The position numbers were made by a program, and so were the translations under genes. This document shows positions 1-13,540 of a stretch of DNA of 64,000 bases, piece after piece. Location of the stretch: positions 310,001 through 374,000 of the forward strand of contig JAQGDQ010000188.1 of NCBI GenBank assembly GCA_030141605.1, given 5' to 3'. Numbering within the stretch: position 1 is the first letter of the stretch; every line of letters begins with the position of its first letter. The DNA comes from Tubiluchus corallicola (taxonomy: Eukaryota; Animalia; Priapulida). Under the pieces are notes generated by a model. The model had not been told where the DNA came from. It saw only the letters and a list, made by a program, of their open reading frames with translations, and did not search any database.

Positions 1-543
1 CCACTACACTATAGCAAACTACTCAAAATTATATACCCAACAATCTAGAAACCCATAAACATGTACTTATATTTCCAAACGAAAGCTCAGTTCTGGTCCT
101 AAATTGCAACAGAAACTAATCTTTTAAGTTACAACTGTCAGAAAGTATCCTGTTTTTTTCCTGAAGTCAAAATTTACAAAAACAAATATATCTCGAAATT
201 TTGAATATATAGAACTTTGAGTACCTTCTGAGACAAAGAACATCTCTATTCACTAGATGACATACTTAACTTAAATAGCATCAGACTAAATAATTAGTAT
301 TGTGATTAAGAATACAAATACAGTCTGCAACACAGTTTTAAATACTAATCCTAAAAATAAAAAGTTATTACAGAAAGCAAGTAATATAAACAGTAATAAA
401 TAATTTTGGAAGGCAAGCAGAGGTTAATAAAAAGCCCAAGTTCTATGCAGAAAATTCAGCCAAACCTTACAATATTAATTCTAATTATTTGCTGTCTTGC
501 AAAATGACATTTTTGCAAATGAGTTTTTGCTTTAAATAATTAC

Positions 544-1551
544 CTTATCAGAATTACTCATTAAATCTTGACAGAACAAGCAAATGCTCTTAACATTTTT
601 ATCGAGCAATGGATCGTTGAAACTTGTGTAGACTTTGTCATTCTGAAACGTTTTCAGATTCTCAAAAAAGAAGAGTACTCGTTTCTGTATCACTGCTTCC
701 TCTATTGTACTGAAATAGGCAAAAAAGTTATGTAGGCCCTGCATGGGTCTATTTGGGTCTACTGGGTCTATTTGGGAATAAAGCAAAACAGCTCAAGCTG
801 TTATTTCACACTCTGCAAGCAAAGATCCAGCACTCAGCAGGACTTACTTAGACAGCTGTGGCAAGACCAGTAACTTGTTGATTATCAATGACTGTATACA
901 GCCTCTCTCAGCATAGGTAGGAAACAATTTTTATTAAACATGAAACTGCATTATATAAATTTTGGACTTTTGGCAAGCACTGACCTATACCAGTATCCAA
1001 CAGCCCCGATACTGAACTAGTTGCTGTATTTTACTGAAAGCAAAACCGCCAATAGTTGAAGTCGCCCGCCATTAATTAAAATTTAATCTACTATTTAATT
1101 ATCAGAAATGCTTTTTCAGTATTAACTGTGTTAAAATGTATGCTTTTTACCGTACTTAAAAATGGGATAGTCATCCTGTCTTCCTTTAAAGCGAATTTCT
1201 TTTGGAAATTTCCAGCTAGTCCTGCCCAATGTCTTTGAAATGAGTTATACTTCATTACTAATCAGATAAATAGCCTATTTCCATGATCACCTTGTGCAAG
1301 TCTCCCTGGCTCATTGATTGGGCTTTTTTGTTATGGTTAAAATAAATACTAAAATCAAAGTAAATTTGCAGATGTGATAATATAATTATAAATTGTAATT
1401 AAACTGCTGAACAAACATAAGCTTACCTATTTTGCCGCCTGCAGATTTCTACATGAACCTTCGGCTTGACAAATTCGTTAGATTTATAAGGTCTGCTAGT
1501 TCTATCACCCTCACCCATTTCCCTTACATCACTCTCTAACACGACGTTCAT
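544..1551 (-). CDS. TRIP13: Pachytene checkpoint protein 2 / TRIP13 AAA+ ATPase, first two coding exons (gene continues beyond left edge)
   Basis: Exon 1 1551-1427 (ATG in aacATG; MNVVLESDVREMGEGDRTSRPYKSNEFVKPKVHVEICRRQN, donor AG|GTAAGC) splices in phase 2 to exon 2 709-544 (ttcag| STIEEAVIQKRVLFFFENLKTFQNDKVYTSFNDPLLDKNVKSICLFCQDLMSNSDK |GTAATT). Resembles the TRIP13 N-terminal domain (VHVEV..R.SST...F.EP.L.RNV.S). AAA domain lies outside the window. Confidence 0.8.
1050..1189. repeat. Dispersed repeat copy 1 (terminus of a Kolobok-like DNA element)
   Basis: Aligns by eye with 7257-7410 (caatagttg...cgccattaattaa...tatttaattatcagaaatgctt...tcatcctgtcttcctttaa); ends in CCT+TTAA. Confidence 0.65.
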
Positions 1552-3662
1552 GTTGAGAAATGTTGAATATCCAATTCTGTCAATACGGTTCTTGATTGGT
1601 TTAAATTAAGCTAGAAGCAAGATTCGCTGTCAAACACGAACCATTAGTAACTGATTATAATTTCGAATTCGTAAAAATGAAGGAACTAAAAATAAACCAG
1701 AAACTAAACTGCAAAACGAAAGTTTATAAAAAGCGCCGTGCCGCCAGAAAAACAACACGAGAAATCAAATTACACACGCCTAAAGACATTTATATGATTT
1801 CGAGGGCCATTGCTGACAACGACATCACCACAGTGTTACGACAATCATCACTTTTACAATCATTGTATTTTTATCTGTGCGTAATCGTTGTATATCGTAG
1901 TTGTCTAAGCCTGCACCAGTAAACACTTTGGAATGTTGTGTTTGTTTGATTATTAGTGAAGCTTTGCTTAACAACATAATAACACACAAGTTTAATTTAG
2001 GTAAAAATTGTTTGACTACTTTGCAGTATTTTACATTGAATATTACATGTATAATTATTAATATCTTGATTCGTTATTACTCAAGCTGAACTTCAATCAT
2101 GCACGCAAAAATTAGAGGCCGTTCAGTTACTACTGTTGTCTACTTCTGTTTCTCAAGTAGGCTGCCTAAACAATAAAATGATCACAGAACATCAGTCAAG
2201 TTGAATCAACCAACGGGGGGAGTCCACCACACAATGGCCAATCAAGCACTTTAACTAGCTAGCTGCTGCACAGCATCAAAAGTTTAGTTTACTTATAAAC
2301 GGCTCAGTAGCCTGCAGAATATGTATGCTTGAACATATATGTAAGAATCCTCAATCATTCTTCTCACGTATTACGAAAGGAATCATTTTCATCATCCGTG
2401 AGCAGTTCAGTACCTAAGTCTTTTTTGTTTTGTCTTTACCTAACCAGCAAATAGTGGTTAGTTTTGAAAAAGTACCAAAACTAAAATCCAAAATCACAGT
2501 TGCATAATGATAATTGCAATAAAGTTAACGAAAAAGGAACTGAAATCAGGGCCAATATTTTCAGTCAGTTTAAAATTTCCAGAACCAAATTGATTTCTGA
2601 TTAGCCAAAAAAAAACAAATTACACTAGATACTAAAATAACTACACATTAGTGGCCTAGACAGAGTTAAGTACAGTAAATTTTAAACCTAGTTCCAACAA
2701 AAGAAAACTAGCACAACATACAATTTTTGATTTCTAAAACTTTTATTTTCATAGAAAAATAAGGTCGAATTAAATCACTAGTTTTGACACTTTCAATTAA
2801 AAGTCAAGAGGTCTGACATCATTGTCGAAATTGTAACTAAAAAGTGTATACAGATCTGACGATAACAATAAATTGGTTTTTGTCTTGAAATTTAAGGTGT
2901 ACAATAAAAAACAGCAGAACATTCGAAAATTATCTCTATTTCATCTATTTCTAACAAAAACATGATACACACAAAAGCTAAAAATATTGTTAATGATGTA
3001 TGCATATCATAGCAACCAAAGGGGCAAAATTTAATAAAATGAGAACAAAAACATTTCATCACCGACTTATAATTAGCTGCTAACTTGCAGTTACAGCTAC
3101 TATTGTCAGTGCAAAAGGTTGTCAAAAACATTATTGCAAATTACACACAATGTAAGACCAAAGTTATATATTTATTCTTTGTTGCGGCAGACGTACTCAT
3201 ATATTTTGTAAAATGTATGAAGGTATATAAAATTTGATGAGCATATTGCATTAAAAAGTAAGCTGCTCTTCTGACATGCTGAAATAAGTATATTAAGATA
3301 TTTTGGCTTACCATGCAGATCCAGAAGCAAAGGGGCAGCAAGTACAAACAGCATGCACACTGCAGTGGAATACAAAATGGTATGGTACATTCTACCAGTG
3401 ATTTTAAGTGAATAACAATTCTAGAACAGAAAATAATAAAGGCCAAATTGAAAATTGAATCAGACAAAGACCAAAGACCAAATCAGGATAATGACGCACA
3501 AGAAAAGTCCAAGTTACACTGGTACTGCCTGTTAGAAACTGATAAAACTGCAACGATCTGCATGAGCAATATATTGCTGACACACAAACCTATATGTACT
3601 GAAAATTACCACAAAACAGCAGCACTGAGCAGATGTTAATTAAAAATGCTGCAGCTCTTCCA

Positions 3663-6600
3663 CTAGACTTGCTTTGCACGTATAGCAGCACGTTTGCCTG
3701 TGACAGCCTGGAAACCAGATTTGATGCTTGCTACACTACACCGTGATCCACACTGTTCGCACTGAAGGAAAAATAGTCTAGTATCCTTTTGCAGTATGGT
3801 GTCTGCTGACCGACAAGTATGGCAAGTCACATATTCTTCTGCAAAAATACAAAGCAATACCTACTGTGTAATCATGGTATAGCAGGAATGAATTCACAGA
3901 ACAGTTTTCACGATATTAGTCAAACTAAAAAACAAATTTACATCCAAAAAATATTTTAGCACAGAAACAAATCTTTCCAACTTCCAATCATCCTGGCTCT
4001 GAAAAAATAGAATTGTGTGGCTGTTTGTATTACACTACTAATGAAGCTTGTACGATATTGTTTGTGATGGCTGCGTAAGAGCAGGTTCCCGAAAACTTCA
4101 AAATCTTTTGATAAGACATTCTCGCACATGGAGTCAGAAATTATCACAATGTCGGCATGTGTATGATAAATGAGCATGTGCGCTCTGTGGCCAAAGAGAG
4201 CCAGCAAACATGCCTTCTGACATTCTTCTTAAGCTGCCATTGTTACAACAGGAAAAAACTGTTGCTGATAAATTGCCACACAAAAACAGATTTTTACGAA
4301 AAGCTAAAAGTGAAGACAGTTAGAACAATTCTGTTGCAGGGATTTAGAGTATAATGTAACAAATGGAGTTAAAAAGACAAACATGCCAAAAAATACATGC
4401 AGGTTCATAGCCATCTAAAAGATTTAAAAAAACATTTCAATACTTGTAGAAGGCAGTCCAAATGTAAGAAGGTGACTTAGTATAAAGCTATCTAAAGGCA
4501 CTATTTTAATAGCTGGTAAATTACAAAATAATAATATTGATTGTGCAGCTTTAAAAGCAATTTTTGGCTATGAGACAGTAGAAGCAGTTAAAAATATAAA
4601 TGTTACACCTGCCTATTATTATGTCACAAACAGCATACAGATTTTTTTGATAAAATGTCAGAAAGAACCAATTAACTTGCAGTATAATTTAAAGAAATAA
4701 TTTATAACAAGTAATTTCAACGATCACTCAAAACGACATTGCCGCAAACAAAACATTTTAGCAGATTATTGGCACATATAAACACAGCAAATGGTGCATT
4801 CAGATCCCAAATGCACTTACTTATATATCTTCTCAGCACATTCTCTATTTGTTTTTGCTGGAACTTTCCTTTAATTATAAGTTGATTGTTACCATCCACT
4901 GAACCACTATAAAATGAGAAAACAAAAAACATATAAGAATGCGATATACAAATGAAATGAAAACATACTTAGGTTAAGTTAAATAAAATACATTTCCCAA
5001 TAAACATATACAGCAAATGCAGACATTTTCGGACACACTTGGCAATTTCCAGGCCACCTTTGACACCAGAATATTTGACAACCGACACTTAGAGCGACAA
5101 AACCTGACCATTCTACAACATTTTAGTTGCAGAATCATTTTTCAAATCCTGAAAGCTCCCCCTGGGGAAAAGGGGAAAATAGCTTTGTTAATGTTAGGTT
5201 GTCACTCCAGTTCTCACCTGCCAGCCAATATCTACACCTGAATACCTTTTGCAGGACAAAACCTGCCTTTATAACACTATAGTTGCAGTTGTTCAGATCC
5301 TCGATCAGACTTTCTTTCTCCCTAGGGAAAGGGGTAAAATATTTTCGTCTATGTTTGATTATAAGAGGGTTCTATGTTGGAGATCACTATCACTCCTCGA
5401 ATTGATCTGACTCGGATGCTCCTACTATGCCCACATTAGCTGTTCAGCTACTGATGCTTCAGTACACTTGCCACTGTTATGGATGTGTCCTCTGGTTGAC
5501 CTTTGACTTTGACCATCATCTTATCTCAAAATTACTATATAGCATTGATCTCACGGCTACCCTTAAGTATAACGGGCCGAAACTCAAATTGTGAATTATG
5601 AATGAATACCGCAAGATGGTATAACACAAAATTACACAAAATATCTAGAATAATCAACTCGACTAAGAGGATAAATATTTTAACATTATCTAGACACAAA
5701 ATGAAATGCTTCAGCAGGCTCTGTTGCCATTTTCAATGTGCTAGAGGCATTTTGGTACCAAAGATTGTTGAAATATTTGCTTTTGAATGTTAATTTTAAT
5801 AAATAATGTTAGGATTAATGCTGTACATTACAAAAATTACTAAATTTACCTACCTTGTTCCTAACTCTGCCATTAAAAAAGCAAGTAGGTGTTTTGGTTG
5901 TCTATGAAGTCTGCAAAAAATAATCGCCAAATTATTCATGTTTGAGTGGCATTAACACCTAGTCAACAAGAACAGATAGAGAATTTTAAAAATTTTGCTT
6001 CATTTTACTTATACAATGTTAGTGATTTTGTGGCTGGTTCACTGGTTTTGTCTTACCTAAGCAGTCACACATGCCAATTGCTAGAGAGGTGAATAATGAT
6101 TAAGATAGTGATTAAGATACCTCTGCCAATTCAATGGCTCACCTTATAGTGGTTTAGCCTTGACAATGGGCCGGACTCTGGTTTTGTCAAAACATCCGCA
6201 TTGAAATGGCTCTGACATCGAACGTTGGTAACTATCATGCATTGCACCAAATTGTACAAAAACATAATACTGTATACGTACATTTTACATATTTCTGCAA
6301 AGTTAGCAAATGAAGTCTTTTTTGTTCCAATTCGAACAACCTGAGGTGGTCGCATAACGAATCGTTTCTTTTCACCAGCTACCATGTCTGGATTCTTTTC
6401 TCGCATAATGTCAAACACTCTTGTCAATAACTAAAATGTTTAAAACCAACATTAAAAAGTCAACCACTGAAACTAATACAGGACAGAAATATCACAGCTT
6501 GATTTTTAGTGCAGGTGATCACGCTCCTAAGCTAATATTAGAAGCGTGAAAAATTAGTCACACAAAATATAGGATGTCTGGAATAACTCAGCTAAGTTTT

Positions 6601-9600
6601 TTGCACTTTACAGCATTACATAATAATTTCTGATAATTACCCGGCATAACATAATAATGTTTAAACTTAACTATTAACATTTTTGTGTTATAAACAATTA
6701 GTATGTCTGTGATAATCAATAATTAGCTTAAATTCTTCAGGCAGCAATACATTATATTGCACTTATTGCATCTATAAGACATGGTAAGTGATGCATTTTT
6801 GTAATAAAAAGTGTTGAAGCCAGTGGGAAAAGTTGGAAATAACAAATCAACAAAACCGGACCCAATCTTAAACTGTATATCAAAACAATCTAGTCTTTAA
6901 AATATTGAAAGGGGAACACACTATTTTTTCAAAAATGACTTACGTGAAAGAATTATTACCACACAAACACAATTTTGAGTTAGCAGGACTAGTTCTTCGC
7001 TGTTACATGAATTTTGCCATTTGTTAGTTCGACAGGCACTAGCACTTGCATTTCAGAAATGCATTACACAAAAACAGGTGTTGTGCCTTTCAGTTCAGAT
7101 GTGTTAATTTCTGATGAACCATGCACGTTCGACAACTCATGCGTGAGCACAGTGGCAAATTTGAAATTTGAATTTTTATCTTAAAACATGCCTAGTTTTA
7201 GTACAAAACTTTTAAAATATTTTTCTGTTGAAAATTATGTTAGTTTGTGATGTCATCAATAGTTGGGCTCGCTCGCCATTAATTAAGTTTTTAATCTATT
7301 ATTTAATTATCAGAAATGCTTCTGAAGTATTAATTGTGTTAAAATGCATGCTTTAAATTGGACTTGAAAATGGAGTAGTATATACGAAAAATCATCCTGT
7401 CTTCCTTTAAAAATATTTTGTGACACAAGATGTCTCAACAATTATTCATAAAGTAGATTATGTTACACACACATTTTAAAATGAGGAAATGAATAAACTC
7501 TTGAAATGCTTATTACCACTATTATAAAATAACTCTCATCACTTTCCTCGGGACTACTAAGACAGCGATTCGTCACTCTCTGTTACTCTGTTGTTTTCAT
7601 TCTAACAAGTTATTTAGTAATTGTAGCATTTTTGCTCATATGTTTATAACTACTGGCAAAAAGTACTTCAAAACTATGAAACACTATTGTACTTACTTCA
7701 TCATATGTGTAGTCTCGGTCTGACCCAGACCATGTAAGGCCATCTACTGGTGCAATTTGTTCATCTACAAAAAATGAAAATGCTGCATATATATGTGATA
7801 ACACACACACAAGTATAGGCATTTGCACATGTACAAGCACACACATGCATGAATGCATATACCTATGAAGCGTTAGCAACTTCAGATAATATAGATCATA
7901 CAAACAAATGATATAAAAATGTGTTTTTCAACAAAAATTTATCTGATGTTATGTGACATTGTTTGTCCTATTGAATCTCCCTTGGAATTTTTACACAAAA
8001 ACAATTCTTTGTACACTCACTAGTGTGCAAGAATTTTATTAATTTTGTTTAAAGTGCTACAAAGACAGTGTTTTGAAGCTATGAAGCCTACAAGGTGTCA
8101 ATGTGTTAAAAAATAAGTCCTGAAATGTCAGAAGCTCCTGAAATATCACTGGAAAAAATGAACATCGAGCCAGTCAGTCAGCGAGTAAGTGGTTGGCTTT
8201 GTGAATGAATGAGAAGATTTGGATGTCAGCTAGTCACTGCTCAGTCAATAATGAAAGCTGGCTACATATCAACATCGTACCATTTAGTCATTCATAATAA
8301 TGATTTGAGGCAATATACTTTGCTTCAAAGCAAACTATTATGTTGCTTTACCCTCAAGGCACTTAATGAAACACCTATCTAGCAACTTTCCATAGACATA
8401 TACATCTACATTGTAATTTAATACAAAAACCTTAAAGGAAAGGACAAGTTAACTTGAAAATTAAGATTTAACTGGTGGACTTTGTGGTCTTTCTTAAGCA
8501 TAAGCGCATCATGGCTTTCTTCTGCAGCTTACCTAATGTTCATGCAAAAATATCATAACAACTAATTTTTTGTAAAAGCTTATTATATTTTTGACAGAAC
8601 TTGACCTGACTTGCTTTTCTTCAGCAGATGAACAATGGAAGAATGGGAGCACCCAAATGTAACAAATGCTCGTGACTTTAAAATGATTTTACCAATTACC
8701 CTAGGTACTTATCACACTTATTACTAAATCCTTCTAGCAGTTTATGTGAACATTATAATAACTCTAACTTTCCAGAAGGCTTAGCTTTTCCTTTAACAAT
8801 TAACCAATCAAATAAAACAACAAACAACAAGCAAAAATAAGCAATTCGGGTATGCCGCTATTATATTATCATGCAATGTAATGTAGTGTAAAATTTATTT
8901 ATATAGTGTACTACATCATTTAAAATCTCAACACGCTGAACAATAAAATACATTTCAAATTCATAAAAAACATAAAATTTAAAAGACATTCAAAATTAAA
9001 AATAATTCATAAAAAGTACTATTTAAACAAATGTTGTTTAACATTTAAGACGTTGTTTAAAACAACCTAATGGATTTGCAGAACATATGGCAACTGGTAA
9101 GTTATCCCAGAGACGTGGAGCACAGAGAGAGAATGCTTTTTCACCATAGAATACTGTATTAGGAATTGGCTGATGTAAATTAATTTGTTCATTAGCATTA
9201 GAACGAAGGATATGTTATGGCATGTTAAAAGATCACTAAGGTATGCAGTTGCTGAAATGGCTAATAATAAGCACTGTTTATCATACATACCTTCATCAGG
9301 ACCATCTTCTATACGATCCTAGAAGAAAAAAGTAAAACAAATTCCACCAAAAACAAAATGCTAATGAGTATCTCATACACTTACATCAGTGAAATCATTT
9401 ACAGTGTTCTAACGAGTTTCAAGGGACCGTGAAAATTTCCTTACTATAACCGTTATAGCAGCTGAAGTTAATTGTTTAAGCGTATGAACAACACAGAAAT
9501 ATATTATAAGACGAATATGATGTGACGATGAAAAGAGCACTTTCTTTTGAGACTAGCACAAGTTTCTTAATGAGTGCCACTGTTCAGCAATAATTTTACA

Positions 9601-12600
9601 ACAAAAATGTAAAATTATAGTCAAAAACTCTATCATTTCTAAACTTAAGGTAGTCTTTTACGCAATAAATCCCAGTATAAAATTGTATACTACTGTGTTA
9701 TTGTATTAATTGTCACTACTGTGATTCATACCGTCTGCTGGCAGCTGAATGTGTTTTGCATTGCTGTTACAGTACAATCATTTGACTGTGTGGCAAGACC
9801 CTAGATGCCTGCGTGGATGGAAAATAATACCTTTTTGAATATCTGTGCAGGCGCAGTATCTTTTATGACTATGAGCATTTCAGCATGGGTTTACGTCAGT
9901 TAATAACTAAGTTTACAGTCAGGCTAGCCTACATGTGTTACTTAATGTAAAATCACTGTATTTATTTAAAACAGTGTTTTTATTAAGTCACAGAATCATT
10001 TATTTTCCAAAGCAAAACAGTTAATTTTTTGAAACACCTGGTTATATTTGCCTGCTTCACATTGAATTGCACCAAAGCTTTAATCAATGAGCTGTCAAAT
10101 TGTGAAAGGCATAAGAACACTATCACTTGATTCAAAAAATTGCTGAAGTTTAGCATATATTCTTCACATATTTTATGTTTTTTATGTTTTCAATTTTATG
10201 AATAATTTCTCTTTTTATTTCTATTGAAATAGCATTTCGTGCTCGCTTTACTGACCGTAAAATTACAATTGCAGCAGCGCACATTGACTCACCAGCACGT
10301 CTGCATGTACTGTACTTGACGCACATTGTTTTATATGTGATCAATAAATTAATCGCCACAGTGACCTTTATAAACTTGCTGAATGGTGTCCATATGCCAA
10401 GTATTTTACAAGTCACGCTCATTATATGCAAAGCAAATACAATCACGGGGTGGAAAAATTCCCTCTTACTAAGTAAGATCTTCTAATATCGGAACTCGCT
10501 GCAAGCAAGGTTTAAAGGCATTGATTAAGCTTAAGACTTGACAGGTCTTTGAAATTTGCTCGTAATAATGACAAGCTCATTATGCAGGCCTCATTGTAAA
10601 TGGATTATACTGTATATTGTTAACATCGATAAGAAATTTTAGTGAACACACTGGCAAAACCAAGGGTTAACGTCAGATTTAATCACATGATTCATGAGAA
10701 ACGAAAAAGCTGCCTATAAAATTGTCCAAGAAAGGTATAGAGAAGTGTAACAGAGTTTTATCAGAAAATATCTGCTTAATGCAAATTAGGCTATTCTTTT
10801 AAAACAAATTCAAAACATGTTGATGATATACGAAATGATATAAAAATAATATATAGGAATATAGTGCCAGTAAAGAATTGTTTTATTAACTGCTTAATTA
10901 ACTAATGCTGTAAATACACAAAATGAAAACTTACAGCTTTTGTATCCAAGCTTTCTAAGTCTGGCAGTTTAACTTTCTTCTTTTTCTTTTTCTTCATCAT
11001 TGAAAAATCGTCAAAATCTAGGCTAATATCTATAAAAATGAGCACAAAAACATATAATGATTTTATATTGTTCTGTAGACTATTCAAAAGTCTGGTGTCT
11101 AGGAAAGTAAAATGATGATAATTAGATGTTGAATGCTAAGCAAATCAATTCAAAGTACATACCAGTTTTTGGTATTTTTATAAAAGAGACACAAAAGAGA
11201 AAATGTGAATCATATAAAATAATATTTTATGTCTTCTAAAATAATAACAAAGTATTCCACTCCAAGTATTAACGGGAAATGACATATTAATGAAATGTTT
11301 GGTGAAATTTGTCAGACATGCTCCACTTTCATAGCTTTCCATTATTATTTAAGTCGCTGGACAGTTGTCCAGAAGCATCAGAAATTAAAACATCAAAGAT
11401 GATGCCGTAAAATTACATATACTTACATCAATATATTGTTAAAATAAAAAATAATTAAGCTCTAATACTGATAGAAATGATCCATTCTAGACGCAAAGTT
11501 TTCCAAAAAATAATTTATTGATAAGTATCATAACAGTGAAATTGCTCTACTATTATTATAAGTTTTTAGTTTACCCTCATCTTTTTCTTTCCGTTCAGAG
11601 TCGACATCGTCACCCTGATCTTTAATATTATCAGCATCATCACCCGTAGGACCTGCCTCGGTCCGGTCACTAGCAGTGACATTTATATTTTCCCCTGCCA
11701 TTGCAGCATCCAGGTCAAATGGGGTCTTCTTCTTTTTCTTTTTCTTTTTCATTGACGGATCGAAAAGCTGAAAATGTCATGAAATAATCATTGTACTTAA
11801 TAAAAAATTACTGCATGCGCCCACGATCATTCTCCCTTATTTACTCTCTCACTTCCATTATTTGTAGTACCATTTCTAAGTAACATATCAAATTATTATG
11901 CTAAGAAGTATGAATGATAGATAGCGATGTAGGTGCGGAGTATGCCATTTAAGTAACAAAAGTAGGACACTAGCGCTAAAGCGCATGCACTAAATCTACG
12001 GAAAACCTGTGTCGCACATGGGCAGCCCAAATAGACACTGACAATTTCTCTCACAAGTTTAAAAATGAAGCAGATGCTAATGAGCCTTCACAACATGAAA
12101 AAGTAAGTTTTAAAATCTAGGAAGGGCGAAGACAAGTATGCCACATGGCAGTACAAGGCTCGCTAGCCCATGTAGGGCACATAGCTCCCTAGCCCGTTTA
12201 CTTAATAGAAAACACTTACTTGACGAAGAGGTCGTGAAACGGATCACCTGTGTGTGAAGCGAGGCTAAATGTTGGAATTGCCTTAAAAGTGGGCTTATTT
12301 CACTTTAAAAAGATTAATCTCGATGCCAGATTTAATATTGCTCATTCGACAAGCTCAGAATAACATTCTTTTATTTTATCAGCTGTATAATAAATTATTC
12401 AAAGTGTACTGAAGTATTCAATTGTTATTAATGTTATTATTATTAAACAAACAAGGACAACGGACGCTGAAACTACGGTTAACGACTGAATTTGTGACCT
12501 GCCTCTAATGCGACCTACTCGGGCAGGCCATGTACGAGGCGCTCTACTTGGCCCAGCTCATGTACGACGCGTCTTACTTTGGCTAGCCCATGTACGGCAA

Positions 12601-12878
12601 TTGTCCTACTCCGCTCCCGACAAGTGAAACTCATGACACTATTTGAACGAAGGGTTTAAAATTTAACAAAACGTTGATAAACATGCATTTTCGTAACAAT
12701 ACGGAGTTCTCAATGATAGGAAAATAAAACGAGTAAAAACACGCCACTTGGTACCTAGTAATAGATACGGTAGAAAGGTTGTAACTAAGCGTGTGAATCC
12801 GTAAAAATACGGCTTTTAAAGAAACGACTTTATTACTATCAATAACAAATTACTCACCGCCGCATCATCATCTGCCAT
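3663..12878 (-). CDS. EIF2S2: Eukaryotic translation initiation factor 2 subunit beta (~290 aa, 9 coding exons)
   Basis: Exons 12878-12858, 11767-11575, 11029-10935, 9318-9291, 7764-7697, 6430-6282, 5910-5854, 4906-4821, 3838-3663; all GT-AG, total 873 nt in frame. Protein has LFDPSMK8, [56 protein letters not shown] and the C2-C2 zinc finger CHTC...CEQC. Confidence 0.97.
7257..7410. repeat. Dispersed repeat copy 2 (Kolobok-like terminus) in an EIF2S2 intron
   Basis: Same sequence as 1050-1189, same orientation, ends CCT+TTAA. Confidence 0.65.
8432..8796. mobile_element. Non-autonomous Kolobok-like DNA transposon (MITE)
   Basis: Left TTAA-AGGAAAGGACAAG and right CTTAGCTTTTCCT-TTAA form imperfect TIRs with a TTAA duplication and AG termini. 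Confidence 0.5.
12521..12611. repeat. Degenerate ~30-bp tandem repeat x3 (CATGTACG core) in EIF2S2 intron 1
   Basis: gggcaggccatgtacgaggcgctctacttg / gcccagctcatgtacgacgcgtcttacttt / ggctagcccatgtacggcaattgtcctactc; a related unit (gctagcccatgtagggc) lies at ~12162. Confidence 0.6.
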
Positions 12879-12964
12879 TTTAGCTACTTTCACTTGTGTT
12901 GCGAACGAACAAGATATCTCAGATACAACCTAGTTTTCGAATCACTTTAAAATTACAACACGAA

Positions 12965-12973
12965 ATTGCATCA
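12965..12973 (-). promoter_or_regulatory. Candidate C/EBP-ATF response element (AARE/CARE, TGATGCAAT) upstream of EIF2S2
   Basis: Exact ATTGCATCA on + strand, 87 bp upstream of the EIF2S2 ATG. Confidence 0.55.
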
Positions 12974-13158
12974 GAACTCAGAATCTCTTACTACTATCAG
13001 ATGCCAATACAAGAAACTTTTTGCAATTTGCACATTTGCAGCAGTATGAGTGATAACTGCTCTCCTACACGACCAATGCAATGACGAGAAGAACACGAGT
13101 CTCGTCGTCTCGGTGCTTTTACGTTTTAAACTTGTTGATACCATGCACTCCTATCTGC

Positions 13159-13540
13159 TAGGGGTGAGTATCAAACGTTCGAGTTCGAACGTTCGAATCG
13201 AATTCGAACGAGTTTTTTTAGTTCGAACTTGATTCGAACCCAAAACCATAGGTTCAAATAGTTCAGCACTTCAATCACATATGTTCTTTATCACTAAAGC
13301 GATTGAAACAACATGCAATTAGCATAATTTAGCTGTGATTTCTGTGCACAGTTTTAAACAAATTACTAGTCGTTTTATTGCAGTACAGAATCTAGTAATA
13401 TGCTTGATCTTTGTAAGACCGATTTTTATTGGTGGTTCGAAAACTTGTTCAGAAATCTTTCAATCTCAATTCGAATTCAGTTCGAATTCAAAACACTAAA
13501 GTTTGGCTCGATTCGAATTGAAAGTGACAAATTCGGTCTG
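13159..13540. mobile_element. hAT-like MITE rich in TTCGAA subterminal repeats
   Basis: Begins TAGGGGTGAGTAT; flanked by an exact 8-bp direct repeat CTATCTGC (13151-13158 and 13541-13548); nine TTCGAA hexamers; right TIR degenerate. Confidence 0.7.

Noticed and set aside
1-540. Third TRIP13 exon
   Set aside because: Candidate acceptors near 99 and 270 give immediate stops in the required phase; the next exon is probably outside the window.
7440-7545. C/D snoRNA candidate in an EIF2S2 intron (GTGATGA on minus strand)
   Set aside because: No CTGA D box at a suitable distance and no terminal stem.
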